DNA from: Paracoccaceae bacterium
GTDB lineage: Bacteria; Pseudomonadota; Alphaproteobacteria; Rhodobacterales; Rhodobacteraceae
Length of the DNA stretch: 64,000 nucleotides
Reading direction: 5' to 3'
Assembly: GCA_035324325.1 (NCBI GenBank)
Contig: DAOLBY010000001.1
Location: 4,453-68,452, forward strand
The notes beneath the pieces are model-generated. The model saw nothing but the letters and a program-made list of their open reading frames with translations. It was not told where the DNA came from and made no database searches. The translations under genes were made by a program, and so were the position numbers. Position 1 is the first letter of the stretch; each line of letters begins with the position of its first letter. This document shows positions 51,915 through 60,324 of the stretch, piece after piece.

Positions 51915-52868
51915 ATGAGTATGGATCGTATCCAGTCGGCCATCGAGAAGGCGCGCAGGGCGCGCAGCCAGCGGCTGGCGGCGGAGGACCCGCCCGCGCC
52001 GGCCACCGGCGTGCCGGTGGAGGCGCCGGGGCAGGGTGGATCAGGGCAGGGCGGGCCGGCCCCGGCCGCACCGGCCCCGGTCGTGCTGCCGGCCGCGGCC
52101 GCTGCGGCGCAGCCCGCCCCGGAGCCGCAGCCGCCGCCGCCCGCCGATGCCGCCGCGCTGGCCGCGGCCTGGCAGGCGATCACCGCCGTCACCCCCGACC
52201 GCCGCGCGCTCGAACGCGGCCGCATCGTCGCCGCCGCGGGCGGCCCGGCGGCCATCGCCTTCGACGTCATGCGCACCCGGCTCCTGCAGCAGCTGCGCGG
52301 CCAGGGCTGGCGCCGCGTCGCGGTGACCTCGCCGGGGGCGGGCTGCGGCAAGACGATGACCTGCCTCAACCTCGCCTTCAGCCTGGCCCGCCAGGCCGAC
52401 CTGCGGGTGCTGGTGGTCGAGCTCGACCTGCGCCGCCCGGCGATCCTCGCCACGCTGGGGCTGCGCGCCCGGCCGCAGTTCGCCGCCGCGCTCGAGGGCC
52501 GCGAGCCGCCCGAGGCGCATCTGCTGCGGCTGGGGCCCAATCTGGCGCTGGCGGCCAGCCATGCCCCGGCGCGGCTGCCGGCCGAACTGCTGCAGGGGCA
52601 GAAGGCGGCGGCGGTGCTCGATGCGCTCGAGGCCCGGCTGGCCCCCGACGTGGTGCTCTTCGACACCCCGCCGATGCTCGTCTCGGACGACACGCTGGGG
52701 CTTCTGGACCTCGTCGACGGCGCGCTCCTGGTGGCGGCGGCGGAGCGCTCGACGATCGAGGAGATCGACCGCTGCGAGCAGGAGCTTTCCGCCCGCACCG
52801 GCGTGCTCGGCGTGGTGCTGAACAAGTGCCGCTACATGGGCCGCGAGGAGAACTACGGCTATTACTGA
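51915..52868 (+). CDS. Bacterial tyrosine autokinase-like P-loop protein (BY-kinase)
   Basis: ATG 51915. Walker A SPGAGCGKTMT, Walker A' VVELDLRRP, Walker B VVLFDTPP. C-terminal Tyr cluster ENYGYY. Confidence 0.8.
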   Translation: MSMDRIQSAIEKARRARSQRLAAEDPPAPATGVPVEAPGQGGSGQGGPAPAAPAPVVLPAAAAAAQPAPEPQPPPPADAAALAAAWQAITAVTPDRRALERGRIVAAAGGPAAIAFDVMRTRLLQQLRGQGWRRVAVTSPGAGCGKTMTCLNLAFSLARQADLRVLVVELDLRRPAILATLGLRARPQFAAALEGREPPEAHLLRLGPNLALAASHAPARLPAELLQGQKAAAVLDALEARLAPDVVLFDTPPMLVSDDTLGLLDLVDGALLVAAAERSTIEEIDRCEQELSARTGVLGVVLNKCRYMGREENYGYY

Positions 52869-52892
52869 GGCCGGCGGCCCGCCGCCCCCGCC

Positions 52893-53648
52893 TCACTCCG
52901 CCGCCGCCTCCAGCAGCGCCGCGCGGCCCTGGGGCCGGATGCGGTAGCCGAGGGGTTCGGGCCCCGCCGGGCCGAGCCGGCGGCCCTCGGCGTCGAAGCG
53001 CTCGCTGCGGCCGTCGGCATGGTCGCGCCGCCAGCCGCCCGCGGCATCGAAGCGGTCGGTCCAGGGCGCCGACCAGTGCAGCCAGGGGTCATAGGCCGCG
53101 CCGCGCCCCTCGGCGTCGTAGTCGATGCTGACGAGGCGGACCCCGTCCGCCTCTGCCGCCCCGTCCGGGGCGGGGCCGTAGCGGCGGATCTCGTGGTCCG
53201 GGAAGCTGACCGAGACGAAGGCGGGGGCGCTGTCATGGGTGCCGTTCCAGGCGAAGACGCCGATGTCGACCCGGCTGCCGCGGCGCGGCGCCCCGGCGTG
53301 CGGCGGCCCGGGCAGGGGGAAGGGGTCGTGCCAGGCGATCTCGATGCGGGCGCGGCGCCCCGCAGGGTCGAGCGGGGTGATGCGCACCCGCGCCGGGTCG
53401 CCGCGCAGGAGCACCCAGCCGAAGCGCAGCGCATGGCCGTTGGGGTCGCGCGTGGCGGCGGCGCTGACCAGCATGGCGCGGCGGAAGCCCGGGCCGCGCC
53501 AGATCCGCGCGATTGCCGCGGGCGTGTCGAAGAGCCGCTCGGAGCGGCCGGCGAGCCCCGCCGCGGCGGCGAAATCCTCCTGCTCGACGGCCAGCCGGAC
53601 CAGCGGCGGGATGGTCCCGGGCGCCATGGCCGCGGCCATCGCCACCAT
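52893..53648 (-). CDS. Hypothetical protein (possibly the C-terminal half of a gene interrupted by an in-frame TAG)
   Basis: 251-aa ORF. Same reading frame as 53706..54473. The 57 nt between them have coding-like GC3. No family recognised. Confidence 0.5.
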   Translation of the reverse strand: MVAMAAAMAPGTIPPLVRLAVEQEDFAAAAGLAGRSERLFDTPAAIARIWRGPGFRRAMLVSAAATRDPNGHALRFGWVLLRGDPARVRITPLDPAGRRARIEIAWHDPFPLPGPPHAGAPRRGSRVDIGVFAWNGTHDSAPAFVSVSFPDHEIRRYGPAPDGAAEADGVRLVSIDYDAEGRGAAYDPWLHWSAPWTDRFDAAGGWRRDHADGRSERFDAEGRRLGPAGPEPLGYRIRPQGRAALLEAAAE

Positions 53649-53705
53649 CCGCTCGGGGGCGAGGTCGGCGGCGGCGAAGCCGGTGGGATGCGCCGCCCGC
53701 CCGCG

Positions 53706-54473
53706 CTAGGCGGCGCGGCGGCGCACCGTCACGAGGCGGCGGCGCCGGGTCATCTGCACCGCGGGCGCCACCAGCCCCTCGCGCGCCAGCCGCGCCCGGG
53801 TCTCGGGCGGGAAGGCCGCCAGCGTCAGCGCGATCGCCCGCAGGAAGGGCTGGTCGGAGCCCGAGGACCCCTGGCTCAGCACCATGTAGGGCCAGTTGGC
53901 CGGGAAGAGGTCGGCCGCGTCATGGTCGAGATGGGCGGGATAGACATCGATGCGGTTGCCGGCATGGGCGGCGAAGGCGCGCGCCGGCCCGGATGCGGTG
54001 GTCATGGCGAGCCGGCCGAGGCTGCGCGGCGCATCGCCCCCGGTGACCGCGGTCGAGGAATTGCCGAAGGTGATGGCGCGCGGCAGGAGGATCGCCCCGG
54101 CGAGCCCGTAGTCGAGCCCGGCCGCGCGCAGCGCCGCGTCGTAGCGCAGCCGGGCCAGGCCGGGCAGGGTGGCCGCGGGCAGGTCGGAATGGCCGCGGTC
54201 GCGGTTGTCGTAGACCAGCCCCGCCGCCCCCGCCGCGCGCCCCGCGGCGGCGAGCCGGCGCAGGAGCACCGCCGCCGCATCGGTCGCTGCGGGGTCCACC
54301 GCGGGCAGGCCCGGCGCGGGGTCGGGCGGCACGAGCCGCGCCGCGGCGAGGCCGGGCAGCCCGGCCGGCGCCAGGTCCCCGGCCGAGAGCAGGAGGTCGC
54401 CCGCCGCGGCGGGCCGCGGCGGCGCGGCGGCGGCGGCGAGCAGGAGCAGGAGGGCAGAGAGGGCGCGGCGCAT
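53706..54473 (-). CDS. Hypothetical secreted protein (possibly the N-terminal half of an interrupted gene)
   Basis: ATG 54473..54471. Signal peptide MRRALSALLLLLAAAAAPPRPAAAG. No family recognised. Confidence 0.55.
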   Translation of the reverse strand: MRRALSALLLLLAAAAAPPRPAAAGDLLLSAGDLAPAGLPGLAAARLVPPDPAPGLPAVDPAATDAAAVLLRRLAAAGRAAGAAGLVYDNRDRGHSDLPAATLPGLARLRYDAALRAAGLDYGLAGAILLPRAITFGNSSTAVTGGDAPRSLGRLAMTTASGPARAFAAHAGNRIDVYPAHLDHDAADLFPANWPYMVLSQGSSGSDQPFLRAIALTLAAFPPETRARLAREGLVAPAVQMTRRRRLVTVRRRAA

Positions 54474-54535
54474 GGCGCCAGTCTGGCGCAGGAGCCGGCC
54501 CGCGGCCAGTGCGGGCGGCGCGGCCGGCATGCAGG

Positions 54536-55052
54536 CTACCGGATCCGGGGCTGCACGCGCGCCGGGACGCCGGTGGCGACATGCCGCGCCGGCACGTCCT
54601 GCAGCACGACCGCATTGGCACCGATCACCGCATGATCGCCGATGGTGACGTCGCCCAGGACGCGCGCGCCCGCCCCGATATCGACATGGCCCCCGATCCG
54701 CGGCACGCCGCCCCGGCCCGAGGTACCGATGGTGACCTGCTGGAAGATCAGGCAGTTCGGGCCGATCCGGACGGCCGGATGGATGACGATCCCGTTGGGA
54801 TGCGGCAGCAGGAGACCGCCGCCGATCTCGGAGTTTGGATCGATCTCCGCCTGCGTCACGACCGACCAGAACCGGTGCTGCAGCGCGCGGAAGCGCCGCA
54901 GGAGACCCGCCCAGGGCGCCCGGCTGTCGCGCGCCGCCTGGTAGCCCCGGATCGCCCGCAGCAGTCGCCGCGACGGATCCCACCAGCCGCGCGGCCGTTC
55001 CCGCGACCAGTCGGGTTCGCTGGCCGAAGGCTCGTCGGGGGGGCTCTGGCAT
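54536..55052 (-). pseudogene. Hexapeptide O-acetyltransferase (CysE-like), apparently frameshifted at a C7 tract just after the start codon
   Basis: Track ORF 54536..54859 (GTG start) carries GGGLLLPHPNGIVIHP, IGPNCLIFQQVTIG and hexapeptide repeats. The same frame stays open and family-like for 60+ codons upstream (WSRERPRGWWDPSRRLLRAIRGYQAARDSRAPWAGLLRRFRALQHRFWSV) but contains no ATG or GTG. The ATG at 55052..55050 is 1 nt out of frame across the G7/C7 run at 55037-55043. Confidence 0.55.
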
Positions 55053-55235
55053 GTGGCGGGGGCTCGGGTCGGGCGGCGGGGGCATCACGGTCATGTCGGC
55101 GCCCGCTGTGTCCGTTTCGCCGGCGGGCAGGCCTACATTCCCGGTTTCCGCGGGCATGGCAACGGCGCATCGGTGCCGCGAGGGGCGGTCACATAATGAA
55201 GATTATGTAAAAGGACCGGACGCCGGGAGCCCCGT

Positions 55236-55592
55236 TCAGGCCCCTGCGGGGCTGCCGTGGAAGAGGAAGATGTCGCCGAGGAAGACATCGGCGCGAAGGG
55301 CCGGGCGCTGCGGCGGGCCGTCGCCGCGGCTGTCCGGCGGGTCGGGTGCGACGGGTGCCGGGACGGCCGCCGGAAGGGCCGTGAGGGCGGTCTGGGCGGT
55401 CCGGGGGGCGCTGGCCGGCCCGGACAGGCTGCGGTTGCGCGGGCCCTCGGGCGTCGGGGTGGCGGCCTGCTGGCGCAGGAGCTGGAACAGGCCCGCGCGC
55501 GTGCCCTGCAGATGCGCCGGCAGCGCCGGCGGCACCGGCACCGCCAGGACGGGATCGGCAAGGACGGGATCGGCGGGCACGAGGATCGTCAC
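55236..55592 (-). CDS. Possible Pro/Ala-rich hypothetical protein
   Basis: GTG 55592 is preceded by GGAG. 118 aa, VTILVPADPVLADPVLAVPVPPALPAHLQG...RADVFLGDIFLFHGSPAGA. GC3 is about 90%, higher than the opposite-strand ORF 55257..55637. No family recognised. Confidence 0.3.
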   Translation of the reverse strand: MTILVPADPVLADPVLAVPVPPALPAHLQGTRAGLFQLLRQQAATPTPEGPRNRSLSGPASAPRTAQTALTALPAAVPAPVAPDPPDSRGDGPPQRPALRADVFLGDIFLFHGSPAGA

Positions 55593-55795
55593 GGCAGGCT
55601 CCGGCGCGGCCCGGGCGGGGCATCCGCCCCGGAATAATCGCGTAAAACTTGTCGAAATCATGGCATCCGCCCCCGACTGTTGCCGCCATCCGGGGCGCAG
55701 GGGAAAAGTCTTGAAGCGGCCGGGGAAACTTGCTTCCGTCAGGGATGTTCCGCGGCCCGGCCGCCGGCCGCGGCGTTTCGCGAAGGCATTGCGTC

Positions 55796-56908
55796 ATGGA
55801 CCGTCCTTCCCCGATCTTCGTGACCCGCCCGGTCCTGCCGCCGCTCGACGATCTCCTGCCGCTGCTGGACGAGATCTGGCAGAGCCGCATCCTGACCAAC
55901 CGCGGCCCGATGGTGGAGCGGCTGGAGGCGGCGCTCGGCGCCCATCTCGGGGTGGAGCATGTCTCGCTGGTGGCCAATGCCTCGCTGGGTCTGGTGCTGG
56001 CGCTGCGCCATCTGGGCATCACCGGCGAGGTCGTCACCACCCCCTTCTCCTTCGCCGCCAGCGGCCATGCCATCCGCTGGGCCGGGGCGGAGCCGGTCTT
56101 TGCCGACATCGACCCGGCGACGCTGGGGCTCGATCCGGCGGCGGCGGCGGCGCGCATCACGCCGCGCACCCGGGCGATCCTGGCGGTGCATTGCTACGGC
56201 ATCCCCTGCGATACCGCCGGGCTTGCCGCGCTGGCCGCCGCGCATGGCATCCCGGTGATCTACGACGCCGCCCATGCCTTCGGCATCACCACGCCTGCGG
56301 GTCCGCTCTGCGCCGCGGGCGAGCTGTCGGTGCTCAGCCTGCATGCCACCAAGGTCTTCAACACCTTCGAGGGCGGCGCGGTGATCGCCCGCGACCGCGC
56401 CGCCAAGGAGGCGATCGACCGGCTGGCGAATTTCGGCATCCTCGACGAGACCTCCATCCCCGACACCGGCCTCAACGGCAAGATGAGCGAGCTGCATGCC
56501 GCCGTCGGCCTGGCGCTCCTGCCCCATATCGGGGCGGCGATCGCGGCGCGGGCCGAGCGCGCGCGCGCCTATGACGCCGCGCTGCGGGGGATCGCGGGGC
56601 TGCGCCCGCTGAAGGTGCCGGCCGGGATCCTCTACAACCACTATGCCTATCCCGTCTTCGTCGGCCCGGACTACCCGCTCGACCGCGACGGGCTCTGGGC
56701 GCGGCTGAGAGGTGCCGGCATCCTCGCGCGGCGCTATTTCCATCCGCTGCTCTCGGATCTGCCGATGTACCGCGGCCTGCCCTCGGCGGCGCCCGGGGGC
56801 CTGCCGGCGGCCCGTGCGGCGGCGGCCGCGGTGCTCTGCCTGCCGCTCTATCCCGATCTTGCCCCCGAGGAGCAGGCGCGCATCACCGCGATCCTGCAGG
56901 ACCCGTGA
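55796..56908 (+). CDS. DegT/DnrJ/EryC1/StrS-family sugar aminotransferase
   Basis: ATG 55796. Motifs FVTRPVLPPLDDLLPLLDEIWQSRILTN and TTPFSFAASGHAI. PLP-Lys context SLHATKVFNTFEGG. Confidence 0.9.
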   Translation: MDRPSPIFVTRPVLPPLDDLLPLLDEIWQSRILTNRGPMVERLEAALGAHLGVEHVSLVANASLGLVLALRHLGITGEVVTTPFSFAASGHAIRWAGAEPVFADIDPATLGLDPAAAAARITPRTRAILAVHCYGIPCDTAGLAALAAAHGIPVIYDAAHAFGITTPAGPLCAAGELSVLSLHATKVFNTFEGGAVIARDRAAKEAIDRLANFGILDETSIPDTGLNGKMSELHAAVGLALLPHIGAAIAARAERARAYDAALRGIAGLRPLKVPAGILYNHYAYPVFVGPDYPLDRDGLWARLRGAGILARRYFHPLLSDLPMYRGLPSAAPGGLPAARAAAAAVLCLPLYPDLAPEEQARITAILQDP

Positions 56909-57960
56909 CGCTCAACCGCCCCCTCTTGCGGCGGCTCTTGCACCGGGTGCTGGCCCGGGGCCATGTGGATCTGCCGCGCCTGGCCAGTCGCGAATGGGTG
57001 CTCTGCCCGGCCGAGACGGCGCGGACGGCGCCGGCCCTGCATCCCGCCGGCGCGCTCGACCGCGTCACCGCCATCTCGCCCTGGGAGGACCGGGCGCGGG
57101 TGGAGGCCGCCGTCCGGGGCGGCCCCGGCGACCATGCGGCCACGCGGGCCTTCGAGATCGAGGCGGTCGAGCTGGCCGGGGCCTGGCTCTACAAGGGGCC
57201 GGCCAAGGACCTGCGCGGCCAGGGCCCGGCGCGGCTCTTCGACCCCTCGCTCGGCCCCCGCCGCGATGTCGGGACGGCGCATCTGGTGTCCTGCTTCGCC
57301 GGCAGCCATTATTTCGGCAATTTCATCAGCGATGCGCTGACGCTCGAACTGCTGCCCGAGGCGCCGCAGGAGCGCGTGGTGATGCGCACCAAGGCCTATG
57401 TCCACGAACCGGGCTACCGCGCGCTGCTCGGCCTGCCGCGGCCGCGGCAGCTCGACCATGCGCGCATCGGCCGGCTGACGCTCTACGAGGATTTCGCGCA
57501 GAATTCCTCCAAGGCGCGGCGCTACCGCGCGCTGCGGGCGCGGCTGCGCGCGGCGCTCGGCGACGGCCCCGCGGCGGGTCCGCTCGTCTATCTCAAGCGC
57601 GGCGCCACCGGCGAGCCGCGGCGCGTCCTCAACGAGGCGGCGCTCGAGGCGATGCTGGCCGGGATGGGCTTCGTCACCGTCGAGCCGGCCGCGCTGGAGC
57701 CCGACGAGATCGCCCGGCGCAGCCTCGGGGCGCGGCTGGTGGTCAGCGTCGAGGGCAGCCATATCTCGCATGTGCTCTATTCCCTCGCCGACGACGGCGC
57801 GCTTCTGGTGCTGCAGCCGCCCGACCGGATGGCGATGCACTACAAGGCGCTGACCGATTGCCTCGGGCAGCGCTTCGGCTTCGTGGTCGGCCTGCCCGGC
57901 GCGGGCGGCTTCACGGTGGACCTGCCCGAACTGGCGGCGATGGTGGAGCGGATGGCATGA
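56905..57960 (+). CDS. Glycosyltransferase family 61 / DUF563-like protein (tentative)
   Basis: GTG 56905 forms a GTGA overlap with the DegT stop. 351 aa. A late block, LVVSVEGSHISHVLYS, resembles the GT61 G.HGA.L.N region. Assignment is motif-level only. Confidence 0.5.
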   Translation: MTLNRPLLRRLLHRVLARGHVDLPRLASREWVLCPAETARTAPALHPAGALDRVTAISPWEDRARVEAAVRGGPGDHAATRAFEIEAVELAGAWLYKGPAKDLRGQGPARLFDPSLGPRRDVGTAHLVSCFAGSHYFGNFISDALTLELLPEAPQERVVMRTKAYVHEPGYRALLGLPRPRQLDHARIGRLTLYEDFAQNSSKARRYRALRARLRAALGDGPAAGPLVYLKRGATGEPRRVLNEAALEAMLAGMGFVTVEPAALEPDEIARRSLGARLVVSVEGSHISHVLYSLADDGALLVLQPPDRMAMHYKALTDCLGQRFGFVVGLPGAGGFTVDLPELAAMVERMA

Positions 57961-58008
57961 CGGGGACGGAAGCATCGTGATCCCGGGGTGATGGGGAGGG
58001 AGTTTCGG

Positions 58009-59226
58009 ATGGCGCAGACGGGAAGGCACCCGGCACCGGCCGCACGACATCTGGCCCTGCTCAACTATTCGGGCGATTATCGGGAGGCCTATCTCAGGCT
58101 GTCGGCGGGTGGCCCGGAAACCTATTTCGCGCAACGCTATTCGGTCGAGGCGGTCGCCCGGCAGCTGCAGGCTTTCGAGACGGTCGCCAGCATCATCTGC
58201 CGGTCGCACGACATCCATGACGAAACACTGCCGAACGGCGTGCGCTCGATCGGCCTTGGCCTGTCCGAGCCGATGCGGAGCCGTGACATCATCCGGGCGA
58301 TCCGGAAGGTGCGTCCCACGCATCTCGTCCTCGGGCATCTGAAGCCTGCCCTTCTCCTCTGGGCGGTCTGGTACGGCGTGCCGGTCTGCGTCATCTCGCC
58401 GACGTCGATCGCCCGGGGAACGGGGCTCAAGGCGCGGCTCAGGGCTGGGCTCACCGCGCTCCTGCTGAACTCCGGGCGCGTCAGGTGGGTTGCCGCCTAT
58501 GGCCGCGCCGCGGCGCGCTCCTTCCAGGAGATCGGGGTCGATCCCGCCAAGATCGTCCCGTGGGATTTCCTGATCCGGACCGGGGCCCCGGATCATCCGC
58601 CCCTCCGCCTCCGGCAGGGAAAACCCTGGCGCCTCGTCTATGTGGGACAGATGATCGCATCGAAAGGCATTCCCGACGCGATCCGCGCCATCAGGCTGCT
58701 GCGCGAGCAGGGGCATGACAGCGACCTCACGCTCGTGGGCCTCGACGCGGAGGGGGCCATGGCGCGGGTCGTGGCCGCGGAGGGCATGGCCGGCCACGTC
58801 CATTTCGCCGGTGCCGTGGGCAATGCCGATCTGGAGCCGTTCATCCGCCGCTTCGATGCGATCATCGTGCCGTCGCGACCCGATTACCCCGAGGGCTTTC
58901 CGCTTGTCCTGGCGCATGCCATGCGGGCGCGCCTGCCGATCGTCGCCTCGGACCACCCGATGTTCACGGAGACCCTGCGCAACGGGGAAAACGCCATGAT
59001 CTTTCCCGCCGGCGATCACGGAGCCCTTGCCGGCGCTGTCCGCAGGCTGCTCGAGGACGACGCGCTCTATGCGCATCTGTCGGACGGATCCCTCGAGGTG
59101 CTCGACGGGCTTCGCCTGCCGGTCCGCTACGACGATGTCCTGCGGAATGCCTTCGAGGAGGCCGGCCCGGGCCGGGACTTCATGTCCGCCCAGAGCCTTG
59201 CGGCGACCCGCCGGCCGGCATCCTGA
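58009..59226 (+). CDS. Family 4 (GT-B) glycosyltransferase
   Basis: ATG 58009 is preceded by GGGAGGGAG; track ORF starts at GTG 57988. Motifs LVYVGQMIASKGIPDAI and PSRPDYPEGFPLVLAHAMRARLPIVASDHPMF (EX7E-like). GC is somewhat lower than the neighbours. Confidence 0.8.
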   Translation: MAQTGRHPAPAARHLALLNYSGDYREAYLRLSAGGPETYFAQRYSVEAVARQLQAFETVASIICRSHDIHDETLPNGVRSIGLGLSEPMRSRDIIRAIRKVRPTHLVLGHLKPALLLWAVWYGVPVCVISPTSIARGTGLKARLRAGLTALLLNSGRVRWVAAYGRAAARSFQEIGVDPAKIVPWDFLIRTGAPDHPPLRLRQGKPWRLVYVGQMIASKGIPDAIRAIRLLREQGHDSDLTLVGLDAEGAMARVVAAEGMAGHVHFAGAVGNADLEPFIRRFDAIIVPSRPDYPEGFPLVLAHAMRARLPIVASDHPMFTETLRNGENAMIFPAGDHGALAGAVRRLLEDDALYAHLSDGSLEVLDGLRLPVRYDDVLRNAFEEAGPGRDFMSAQSLAATRRPAS

Positions 59227-59278
59227 CCGGTTCCGGGCCCGCTAGTCCCTGGTGTCCTGCCGCCCGCCGCGCCGCGGA

Positions 59279-60106
59279 TCAGTCCCTGAGGCGGCAGAAG
59301 GCGAGCCAGCCGTCGGGGAGCGATCCGGGGAGCGATCCGGGGCGGGGGGATGTTTCGCGCGCGAAACCGGCGCCCTCGAGCAGCCGCGCCGAGGCGCGGT
59401 TCGCGGGATGGACCCGGGCCCAGAGCCGGGCGAGGCGGGGGTGATGGGCGAAGGCCGCCGGCACCGCCGCGGCCAGCATCGCCCGGCCGATCCCCTGCCC
59501 CCAGTGGTCCCGGCCCAGCCAGTAGCTGATCTCGGCCGAGGCCGGTGGTGCGCCCGGATCGCCGGGGGGGCCGGCGGGCGGATCCCAGACCAGCCGCACC
59601 TGGCCCACCGGCCGGCCCTGCCGGAGCACCGCGCGCACCGCGTGATGCGTCTCGACCTGCGCCATGGCGATCAGATCGGCCGCCAGCGCCGCGTCCAGCG
59701 GCCCGGGATAGGGTTCGGGCAGCCAGCGCCAGACCTCGGGGTCGTCGAGGAGCGCCCGGAAGGCGGGCAGATCCGCCGCCTCCCAGGGCCGGAAGGTCAG
59801 CCCGGCGGCCTCGCCCCGCGCCTCTGTCCGGGCCGCGGCCGGGCGGCTGGCGGGGCGATCCTCCGCCCCGGTCGGGTCGGCCTCGCCGGGGTCGGCCTCG
59901 CCCCGGTCGGGAGCGGCGGCAGGGTCCTCCGGGCCGGCCAGGGCGACCCAGCCCTGCAGCACGGGATCGAAGCCCAGGGGGATGCCCCGGGCGCGGGCCG
60001 AGCGCCGCCCTTCGGCCGAGAGCGGCCCCGGCAGGGGCGGCGGCGCGGCGCGGCGCGGCGCGGGCCCGGCAGGGTGCAGGGCGACATCGAGGCGGGGCAG
60101 GTGCAT
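59279..60106 (-). CDS. GNAT-family N-acetyltransferase with ~100-aa N-terminal extension
   Basis: ATG 60106..60104. GNAT core LTFRPWEAADLPAFRALLDDPEVWRWL ... YWLGRDHWGQGIGRAML ... LWARVHPANRASARLLEGAGF. Confidence 0.75.
   Translation of the reverse strand: MHLPRLDVALHPAGPAPRRAAPPPLPGPLSAEGRRSARARGIPLGFDPVLQGWVALAGPEDPAAAPDRGEADPGEADPTGAEDRPASRPAAARTEARGEAAGLTFRPWEAADLPAFRALLDDPEVWRWLPEPYPGPLDAALAADLIAMAQVETHHAVRAVLRQGRPVGQVRLVWDPPAGPPGDPGAPPASAEISYWLGRDHWGQGIGRAMLAAAVPAAFAHHPRLARLWARVHPANRASARLLEGAGFARETSPRPGSLPGSLPDGWLAFCRLRD
59352..59367. promoter_or_regulatory. 16-bp perfect palindrome GTTTCGCGCGCGAAAC, copy 3, inside the GNAT gene 3' end
   Basis: Read directly. Encodes ...GFARET... of the GNAT protein. 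About 21.5 kb from copies 1 and 2. Confidence 0.5.
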
Positions 60107-60324
60107 GCGGCGTCTCCGGTCGCGGGGCGCCCCTCGGGGCGCCGGTTCTCCTTCAATGGTTAACGCGGGGACCCTAACCCGAATCACCCCGGTCCCGAAG
60201 CGAAACCGGCCTGCGGGGGCGGCGGTTCCCGTGGCGGCGCGCCGGACAATCGGGCGCGGGGGGGGGCGATTGTTTCGCGTCCCGCCCCAGGTCCCCGGCC
60301 CGTCCGTCCCCGGCGCTGCGCCGG

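Noticed and set aside
55257-55637. 126-aa plus-strand ORF (MEEEDVAEEDIGAKGRALRR...) in the degT upstream region.
   Set aside because: - Its composition is Arg/Gly-rich and His/Arg-run junk-like.
- Its GC3 (about 84%) is lower than that of the opposite-strand frame (about 90%).
- It is more likely the shadow of the minus-strand Pro-rich ORF, or non-coding.
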